A stretch of 34,973 bases of DNA from Streblomastix strix. Taxonomy: Eukaryota. The translations under genes were made by a program, and so were the position numbers. How positions within the stretch are numbered: position 1 is the first letter of the stretch; the number at the start of each line of letters is the position of its first letter. The notes below the pieces were generated by a model. The model was not told where the DNA came from and did no database searches. It saw only the letters and a list, made by a program, of their open reading frames with translations. Shown here one piece after another: positions 26,251 through 34,973 of the stretch. The stretch spans positions 1 to 34,973 of the forward strand of contig SNRW01000046.1 of assembly GCA_008636045.1 (NCBI GenBank), written 5' to 3'.

Positions 26251-26350
26251 TGAATGACTTATGACTGAACCGTGTGGATGGGGTGGATTGAGTCAAAAAT
26301 TTTCATCAAAAACTGCAGCCAGCCTGCCGTTCTGCCAGATGAGAGAAAAA
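26251..26350 (+). repeat. Dispersed iteron-like cassette copy D (subtype 2)
   Basis: TGAATGACTTAT-GACTGAACC-GTGTGGATG-GGGTGGATT-GAGTCAAAAATTTTCATCAAAAACTG-CAGCCAGC-CTGCCGTT-CTGCCAGA-TGAGAGAAAAA. Confidence 0.9.
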
Positions 26351-26364
26351 TAAATAAAAATTAA

Positions 26365-27593
26365 ATCTCCTAAGCTCTAACGAATTGAACATAATGCTTT
26401 TATTTTTCATGTTTTACTATTACTTCGTCGATGTAAGATTCTACATCTTCAGATAATGCTTCATTGGTGTTTGTACTGTTCGTATAGTTATCAATGATAT
26501 ATGTTCCTTGAAATTCACAATCACAAATATTTGATTTTCCACTCATGGCTACCTACACCGTAGACTATTTATCATACATATCCTTGATTAAACACATAGC
26601 AGAAAATTCTTATTATTCAACATGAATAGGCATATATTTCGTATTCGGTGGTAGTAATTTTTTACTGATTGTCAAGAATATTTTAGACATGGTTTATTGC
26701 GTTTATGAGTTGGCGCCTAATTGTGCCAATTTTGTTCTAAAGATATATGTGATGTATAGTCAATCTTTAATAAAATAAGCAGCTCTATCAGCTTTATATA
26801 TCACTAATTCATCCATTAGTTTAATTTCGCTGTTCAAATAATTAGTTCTATTTAGCCCTTACACTCCTGCCTCGATTAAATCTGATTATTTTTTAACTGT
26901 TTCATAGACATATGATAATGCTTCAAATTAACCTTTTCTATTTACATTCCACTTGTCCATAATATAAATTTTTTCGTCATTTTTGGCATCATAATTTATT
27001 TTCTTTGATGATTCATACTAATTATAATATGTAATATTAAGCACGAGAGCAGTATTTGACGGCAACTACCTAGAGCTTACAATATATGGTCCGATTTAAT
27101 CGATATAACAAAATATATTATATATATTTGATGCATCGATTCCAACTAATGCAATCACTTAATTATCCATTTTTGGTCTCGCTTCTTGTGGATAACTTTT
27201 AAATAAATATCCACTCAACTAACCACTGCCTGAAAATAGACCTGCTGTTGCATATGCTGCGGTTAGTGTAATCCTATCATCATAAACGATTAATTATGGA
27301 TCTGAACAACTTGATGCTAAGAAACTTTATCGCTCTAATTATGAACTCAAATCCAATTTCGTTATTGCATTCGGTTCTGGTGGCTCGAACTCTTCATTTG
27401 AATCTCCTGAACCATAGATAATATTATCGTTATTTTTCACTTGCTATTGCAGAGTTTGGTCTCCAATTGGAACAGGTTGCGGTAATTCACCAATGGGCTT
27501 AGGATAACGATCTTTGATATATACGTATAACTCTGGGAAGTCAGATAATCCAGCTGCGTCTAACAATCTTTCATCGATATAAACGTTCGACAT
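26365..27593 (-). pseudogene. Beta-rich putative structural or receptor-binding protein (~400 codons, disrupted in the 3' third)
   Basis: MSNVYIDERLLDAAGLSDFPELY... open for ~275 codons. YLFKSYPQEARPK resembles the P-xx-RP motif of fibre-head domains. Lies between the fibre and MCP genes. Confidence 0.55.
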
Positions 27594-27619
27594 TTATATT
27601 CAATAAAAATAAATAATTA

Positions 27620-30277
27620 ATCCAAATACTATACCTCAATCTGGGTTTTCATTTAGCCAAAAAGTCCATAAAACTTATCTATTCAATCCAACTGGCTCCA
27701 ACAGTATTGCATCTAATTTCCCCTGTATTTGTGATATGAGGTTTAAAACCACCATATGGACGACCAACTGGCATACATAATTCGCTTACTGTAGGAGCGT
27801 ATATTGTTGGTAAAGTTCCTATTTTAATATTCATACTTGGCGTAAATCCTTCTTATTTTGGAGTAGCTTTATAATTAAAATAAATATAAATTACCTAATT
27901 TTACAAATGCAAGTGATGAGTTATTGAAACCAGGAGCAGTTTCATTTATTGTAACTTCACTAGTTAAAATTTCAATTGTTGCTCCACCACTAGAAAAATC
28001 TGATAATAACCGATTGCCGCCACCAGCAAATAAAACCGACGTATCATCTTTATTTGATTTTATAAATGATGTAGCTGTTAGATTACCACTAATTGAACCG
28101 CTATAAATAGATTAAATGAATTCGCTTTTCATTGTACCTAATGTTACATAGTCATCATCTGTTGGCACTGGAAATGGTTAATCTAGCGTTGATTTTCGTA
28201 AAATTCCTTTAATATCTTATACATCACCATCTTTTTTTACAATATTTGAATCATCAACTGAACTGGAAAATTCAGAGATTAATTTTGTTCCACCAACTCC
28301 AAATAATATAACGCTATCATCAACTCCAGATTTAACAAACGATGCGCCTGTAATTATTGCCATTCCATCAATAGAACTTATGAATCTTCAAGAATTATTG
28401 AACGTCTTGTTTGTTATTATTGTCTATGCAGTGTTTAACGTCATATAACCACTTAAATCAACGTCTCCGACATAAATCTCTGATTTCAAATAATCAGTTT
28501 CTGTTTTGGTATAAGTGGTTGATTGATTTGCCTTCAACAATAACAGAGCATCGTCATCTCCTTTTGTGTATGAAACTCCTGAATTAGCTTTATTATTAAG
28601 CAGATTATCGGCTTCTCCTTTTGTATATGCATCAATCAATTATGTTTTATCAGCCTTCAACAACAACTGAGCATCATCTTCTCCTTTTGTGTATGAATCA
28701 ATCAATTATGTTTTATCTGCCCTCTACAACAAAAGAGCGTCATCTTCTCCTTTTGTATATGCGACTCATGAATTAGCTTTATTATTGAGCAGATTATCAG
28801 CTTCTCCTTTTGTAAATGAATCAATCAATTATGTTTTATCAGCCTTCAAAAACAACAATGTATCATCCTCTCCCTTAGTGTAAGCATCGATTTAATCGCT
28901 AATGTTCAATTTGTCATCGAATAGGGTATCAGCTTCAGTCTTCGAATATGTTTATGATTTATTATAATAGCTTGAAAAATCGACGCATGTATTTATGTCC
29001 TGTATGGCCTTAACACCATCACCAGCACAAATAACAGAATTGTTATCATAGTTTGGAACCATTATTCCGACTGAGTGGATAGTTGTATTATACGTCTTTT
29101 AACCTGTAATAGTTTCATCATAGTTTGTCGTAATAAATGAACTATTTTTTGCAAGCATTAGTATATTTCCATCAAACGATAAATCTGTTATTGCATTACC
29201 TCCTCCTATTGTTGTTCCAAGAATGGTCATGACGTTGCTCATATCTGGCAGTTCTGTTTCTAGTGCTCGAAGACTAGTACCATCCCACTAATAATCCATG
29301 ACTTATTTATCCATTATATATAAATTATCTCCTACTGCTAATTTTGCAACGTTTTCCTAATCTTCCATCCAAGTATTCATTTCATCCGTCGTCGCAAAGA
29401 CATATCCATTTGATTTTCCTGAAGCGATATCTAGCACTTCATATAATTATGGCTGAGATACTAATAAGCTTACTAACATATTACCACCGCCAGCAAGAAG
29501 AATAGAAGCGTCATTTTTACCTGTTTTCGCAAATGCTGCTGCAATAACATTTGAATTGAATTATTTTTGACCAGTTATTGCTTGAGACGAAGTTAAATCA
29601 ACATAATCCGCTAACTCTGTTTTATCAGCCTTCAACAACAGCAGCGCATCATCTTTCTATTTTCTATATGCATCAATCTAATCAGTTATATTTAATTTAT
29701 CGTCGAGTAGGGCATCGGCTCCAGTCTTTGAATATGCATCGATTTAATCAGAAATATTTAATTTTAATGCTAAAAACTCATTGGTTTCTGTTTTTTAATA
29801 AGTATTAATTAGCTCAGTTTTATCTGCTTTCAACAATAGCAAAACATCGTCTTCAGTCTTCGAATATGCATCAATTTAATCGGATATATTTAATTTGTTG
29901 TCGAGTAGGGCATCGACTTCTTATTTAGTATATGCATTAATTTAATCGGAAATATTTAATTTTAATGCTAACAACTCATCGGCTTCTGTCTTTGAATATG
30001 CATCATTGAGCTCAGATTTATCAGCCTTCAATAGTAGCAGAGCATTATCTTCTCCTTTAGTGTAAGCATCGATTTAATCCGAAATATTTAATTTTTTATC
30101 TAACTTTTCATCAATTTCTTCACGATTGTATGGTTCTTGCGCTTCATTAATTGTATTTATTAAATTTTCAATATTTATAACCTCATTAATTAAGCCGATA
30201 GTGTTATACTTACTTGAGCCATAAAGCATTTAATCATGATTTAAAACAACATCAAGCATATGTAAATTTCCGTCCAT
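27620..30277 (-). pseudogene. Phage-tail-fibre-like repeat protein (~880 codons)
   Basis: About 15 copies of (D/S)(A/S)Y(T/S)KxExDxLLxxK(ADK/LNI) in two blocks (~28490-28950, ~29610-30130); four Q/E-TITGxKxF or F(I/V/A)KxxxDDxSxLxAGGG shaft modules; C-terminal IGTLPTIYAP head. Frameshifts near both ends and two TGAs. Confidence 0.8.
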
Positions 30278-30330
30278 TTTATAAAAATAAAAATAATAAA
30301 TTTAAGGGTTTTATATTTTTTTTAACACAG

Positions 30331-30858
30331 TCATTAATCCTTTGGATTCTGCACGAATAATTTTACTTGTTATTTCTCCTAAATCTAAAATATTTGTTAT
30401 TTTTCTTATTTTTTATAAATATATTTTATAAGTATCCCTTAATAAATTTAATTTTCGACGTCAAGCTTTAATATATTAACGTTCCCAATCAATATCTCAT
30501 TTAATGTTTGAGTTGAGTCGTTGCAGAATCTACTACAACATCCTTTGTCCTCTATACTCAATTAAATTTAACTCTCGAGGACGTCAAAAGAGTAAGCAAC
30601 AACATGATTTAATTAATTTTCAGATAATACGAAATGCGCTGATTCTTTAGTCATATGCTCGTCTTCACTAATGATATTCATCAGCCAACGACACACTGAT
30701 GGATCTGGAGTTAAAGTTTCATCAAATATTGAACTTCTTCGCCTAGCTGACAATGTTGGCGTTTCACATCTTATAACCTGTTGCTGAAATAGTTGCTGAA
30801 ATGGGTCAATTTCTTTTTCAAATTATGGTTCAACTTCTGGAATAGTTGGACTCTTCAT
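30331..30858 (-). CDS. Hypothetical viral protein, 175 aa
   Basis: Open code-6 frame MKSPTIPEVEPQFEKEIDPFQQLF...EDKGCCSRFC...NPKDQ*, 528 nt. Confidence 0.6.
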
Positions 30859-31255
30859 TTTAATCACAATAAAAATAATTAATTATTTACGTAAAATAAA
30901 ACCGATAATTGAGCCTAATCAACTGTTTCAGATTGAGCTAAAAAAGTCATTTTCGGAATCAGCACATATGGATTATATATTATTGATTATCAAATGACTT
31001 TAAAATTTCATAGAAATAAAGTTATTTTTTAATTTTTAATTTTTTAATTTCTATATATAATGACTGAAAAAATTTAAGCCAAAAAATGAGCAAAAAAATT
31101 AATGTTTCTAAATTGCCTTGAGAATGATGTTTATATACAATGTAGATACGTAGAATTAAAAAATGACGTTTAAATTGAAATCATGAACCGTTGATGAACA
31201 TGATTTTTGCAATATAAAAGTATATGATTTTGGCATGAGAAAATGGAATAAGTAG

Positions 31256-31358
31256 TGAATGACTTTTAAGTGTTCCGATTGTTTTGAGTGTTCTGAGTCA
31301 AAAACTTTTACAAAAAGCTATGGCCAACTGGCCAACTGGCCAATTTATTGATGAAAAA
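31256..31358 (+). repeat. Dispersed iteron-like cassette copy E (subtype 1)
   Basis: TGAATGACTTTT-AAGTGTTCC-GATTGTTTT-GAGTGTTCT-GAGTCAAAAACTTTTACAAAAAGCTA-TGGCCAAC-TGGCCAAC-TGGCCAAT. Confidence 0.9.
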
Positions 31359-31445
31359 TAAAAAACTTAAAAAATAAAAAAATAAACATATTTTAAAAAT
31401 AAACGAGTTTGTTATATACAAATTCAACTTTTTAACAATATATAA

Positions 31446-33833
31446 ATGGAGTCAAAAGACAATCAAGCACAAACTAGCTAATCATTAACAATTCAAGAAC
31501 GTATCTAAAAATTGTATATGAATACTTATGATTATAATAAATTTCCAATCATTGGCAAGATAAGTAAATCTTGTTCTGGTAGAGTAATTGATATATCAAA
31601 ATGTTAAAATGTTGCTATTGTTGATATTAATATAAATAAAAATTTAGAAAAATTAATTTAAAAAAAAAATCGTGAATCTATCGTTGAAAAAATGCCTTAA
31701 AATGTGGGATTAATCAGAACAACACACGGAGGACTTCACATTTATTGCCATATCAATGGATTTGAATTATAGTGAATATCAAATATATAAGTTTATAAAT
31801 GTGATAATTTTAATGTGGATTTATTTGCATGTATTGATGATAAACAAAGATGGATTATGTAATGTGGGTCAAAAATACGCGATAGAGTTAAAATAACAAA
31901 ACAGATGGAAGAATAGAACGAATAAATAGGAGAAATTAAAGCTATATATTAATATGAAGCTGTAAAATGATTATATAAATAAAATAAATTTATGTGATTT
32001 AGGCAAAATTTTGAACATATTTGGAATAGATTTTGATGTCAATTAATAGTTCATGCCAAATTAAAAGGAATAGCATAATGAGTAAGACAAGCCACTACTA
32101 CAACCAACAGGATTAATCGATATGAAAAAGGATTTTCTGAATATATTATGTAAAGAAATTAGTGGTCTTGAAATACATAATGACTCATAGGGTCATAATT
32201 TAAATGATGAAATAACTTAACTTCCATTATTTGCAGCAAGTAATAGTATAATCAATATTGAAGGAATTGATAATCAATACATTTAAGAAACATATGAAAA
32301 CATAAAAAATAATAATAATTTAACTGATAGAGCAAAATAATTATTTGATATAGCTAAAAAAAAGATAAAAATTAAAATAATCTCATCTATTCGTTCTATA
32401 AAAAATAATTAAAAAATATAGCCCAAAATATAATTAAGAATATGTAAAGCTAATGTTAGTGAATGAAAAAAGATGTAAAAATTAAATTGAAAAGTAAAAA
32501 ATTGAATTAAAAGATAGTTTCAAATTATTCTACATGTAAAAAGATATAAAATAGTATCTATAAATTTAATGAATAAGAACCAATAGCTCAGGACGTAACC
32601 AGAATATTACGATATACTTGATGTGATGGAAGTTAAGTATTTATAATAAAATAATACGATGCAGTAAATAAAAAGAATAAAATTTAATACATGAATAAAA
32701 CAGCTGTTTTTGATTAGTTATAAATGGTTAGATTATGGGAAGATGGATAAAAGAAAATAACGTTAAAATATGCTCTAGAAAAATAGATTCCTTTATTTGC
32801 ACTGAGGGCATTAAAATTTATGAATGATGAATAAGACGTTTTCAGTATATTCTAAAGTTATAAATTTTAATAATAGCCTACTGTTGATGAAGACCTAATT
32901 AACGATTATTTAAATTTAATATATGAAACAATAGTAGCAGAAGATGAAAATTTATATAATTATATCCTAAATTGGATTGCATTTGTTACATAAAATGTTG
33001 GTATTAAATCAGAAGTGGCATTGATATTGTAAGGCAGTTAAGGAATAGGCAGGAACAGATTTACAGATTTTTTATGTGAATTATTGGCTGGTTATTCAAT
33101 TAAAAATATTATAGAAATTAGTGAATTTACAGGCTAGTTTAATTCTGTCGTTGAAAATATAATGCTTGGAATTGCCAACGAACTTAAAAATTTTGGAGAT
33201 GCGAGATTTTCGAACAAGGATGCGTTGAAGTCAATAATAACCGATAATTAAATAAGAATAAATGAAAAAAATCAACCTCGAAGAACATCGGAGAATGTAA
33301 TGAATTTGATAACGGTAACCAAAAACGATTTTCCTGTAAAAATTGAAGCTAATGATAGGCGTTATGTTGTATATAGATGTAAAGCAGTTCATAGAGACGA
33401 CACTGAATATTTCACTTCTTTATCTAACGGTTTCACTATTCAATTTTACAATAATTTTTTTACTTATTTTATGATCAGAAATTTTGAAGGCTGGAACTAA
33501 AGAATCATTCCATTCACAGAAGCGAAAAAAGACATAATTAGCGTATCGCGTTCATAACTTGAGGATGTAATCTTATAAAATTATTAAGCGTTTAAAGAAT
33601 GCGTACCTTGCATTATTGCATTATAATTTAAACCATTTGATGTTAAAGAGAAATCATTCTAACTATAAATAAAAAATAAATGTCAAAGGATTTATAAAAC
33701 AATAGCAGGAAAATAAACATGGATATATAAATTGAATGAAGATTTAATAAAATTATATAACAGACTTAAAAAAGAAAACCAAGACATTAACGAAGACGCT
33801 AAAGAAGACGCTAACGAACAAATTAACCATTGA
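31446..33833 (+). pseudogene. AEP/primpol primase fused to D5-like superfamily 3 helicase (about three frameshifts, several TGAs)
   Basis: Primpol motifs AIVDINI (DxD degenerate), LIRTTHGGLHIY and NVDLF. Helicase YNYILNWIA, Walker A LQGSQGIGRN (33033-33056, Lys to Arg), FNSVVENIMLGIANE, NLITVTKN and IEANDRRY. Confidence 0.9.
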
Positions 33834-33861
33834 AGTAAACAGTTAATATTTTTTTATTTAT

Positions 33862-33969
33862 TTTTCTCACTTTTGGCCGGTTGTCCAGTTGGCAACAGCT
33901 TTTTATAGAAATTTTTGACTCGGAACACTCGGAACACTCGGAACACTCGGAACACTTAAAAGTCGTTCA
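33862..33969 (-). repeat. Dispersed iteron-like cassette copy F (subtype 1)
   Basis: TTGGCCGG-TTGTCCAG-TTGGCAAC, AT spacer, four perfect CGGAACACT, TAAAAGTCGTTCA. Starts ~30 bp after the helicase stop. Confidence 0.92.
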
Positions 33970-34973
33970 TTACCCATTCCATTTACGCGTGCCGATTTCA
34001 TAAATTTCATTGATGTTTTATGATTCGGAAAACTCGGAACATATCAAACGCTCAATATATAATGTTCAACTATTCATAATTTCACTAATGATTTCTCAAA
34101 TAAATTTTATGTTTCCATCAACCAACTCCAATAATCACACCATTAACCTTTGCTTGTAGCTCTACAAGTAGTTATGTGAAAAAAGAGAGGGCCATCCGTT
34201 CAAAAATCATAATTCATTAATCATGTTCATTAACCAATTCCAATAAACACATTCAATAATCATTCAATATTCTTAAATATTAATTTTATTCAAGTGCATA
34301 ATTTCTTTTTTCATTATTTTCAATGCATTTTTATTTCAAATTATTTATAATCATTATTTATTTTCAGTATTTATTTAACATTATTTTATTTTATTTTACA
34401 ATGTTGAGCACTCTTCTTTTTCACATAATTACTGTCTGAAACTTGGGTATCGTTCATTTTTAAGCGATCTGGTCCCCATTGAGTGCGCCCATGCGCAATA
34501 ACCGAGGTCAGCTCGTCTTATGGAAGGTGGGCGACATAATCCGTAATGAAATGAAGAGTTATGAAAAATTATCAAAATTATCCTTTATACTTGATGATGC
34601 GTCTAAAGCCAAAAAGTATGCAACCATTGCAATAGACACATTATCTTTAGATTTATTTAACAAAGCAATTATATTAATTTGATTTTTCAAATATAATTCC
34701 TAAGAGTCAATTTTTTTAAAAAATAAATATAATTCTACTATTTTTCGATAAATTTATTTTATTAATGAAGATCGAAATATATCATTATCAATTTTAAAAC
34801 ATAAATGCCATTATGATCCCTTTTGATATAAATGAAAACAGTGAAATATTTAGAGGATGTATAATAATATACAACAACTTCGCCTTTATTGAGTGATTGC
34901 CATCAACTATTTGAAGTGATTCTTCTGGCCATTCCCCAAACAATGTTTACAATGGGGTGGCCATTAAGAAAAA

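Larger units (their letters stand above)
13520..33970. mobile_element. Endogenous Polinton/Maverick-like dsDNA virus (partly decayed; termini not identified)
   Basis: Dense, apparently intronless cluster of rve integrase, protein-primed PolB, A32-like ATPase, putative MCP, KilA-N, fibre and primase-helicase genes with short intergenic gaps. Confidence 0.93.

Noticed and set aside
5640..28770. TGA also reassigned (e.g. to Trp), i.e. a no-dedicated-stop code
   Set aside because: Some TGAs sit at expected Trp sites, but others replace different residues. The fibre repeat has TCA-TGA-GTC (28766-28768) where its paralogous repeat has TCA-GGA-GTT (28577-28579), and RT Y*AMPFG replaces Arg. Genes also end cleanly in TGA, so these are nonsense mutations.
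28490..30130. Nucleotide repeats as a CRISPR array or DGR template/variable repeat pair
   Set aside because: They are in-frame protein repeats with variation not restricted to adenines. The only RT in the window is DIRS-type and dead.
33918..33956. CGGAACACT tandem array as a CRISPR array or telomeric repeat
   Set aside because: Contiguous 9-bp units without spacers, no cas genes, and internal dispersed positions.
1197..34682. Short ORFs in the supplied six-frame track as real genes
   Set aside because: The track treats TAA/TAG as stops. Most entries are antisense or off-frame shadows (e.g. 27924, 28689, 29578, 24617, 19147). A few (25413, 28424, 33300, 1197) are fragments of larger code-6 genes.
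34440..34973. Possible gene at the right edge
   Set aside because: Coding-like in patches on both strands but with stops in all frames examined and no recognisable motif, so strand and product cannot be supported.

Overview
AT-rich eukaryotic DNA that only reads as long ORFs when TAA/TAG encode Gln (translation table 6, TGA the only stop). This is why the supplied ORF track shows only short fragments. The host is inferred to be a code-6 protist, most likely an oxymonad such as Streblomastix. Left part (1-13.5 kb): a decayed membrane-protein gene, a dead DIRS-type tyrosine-recombinase retrotransposon (RT/RNase H, adenine MTase, YR), a mariner transposase relic and unassigned decayed ORFs. Right part (~13.5-34 kb): a ~20 kb endogenous Polinton/Maverick-like virus. 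It encodes an intact DD35D integrase, a ~1,600-codon protein-primed PolB with vOTU-like, Zn-finger and HNH modules, an A32-type packaging ATPase, a KilA-N protein, a putative major capsid protein, a phage-like fibre protein and an AEP primase-SF3 helicase. Most of these genes carry frameshifts or TGA stops. Six ~100-bp intergenic iteron-like cassettes (9-mer array, AT spacer, three 8-mers) in two sequence subtypes punctuate the virus, and one inverted pair brackets the primase-helicase gene. All translations were done by eye, so pseudogene boundaries are approximate.
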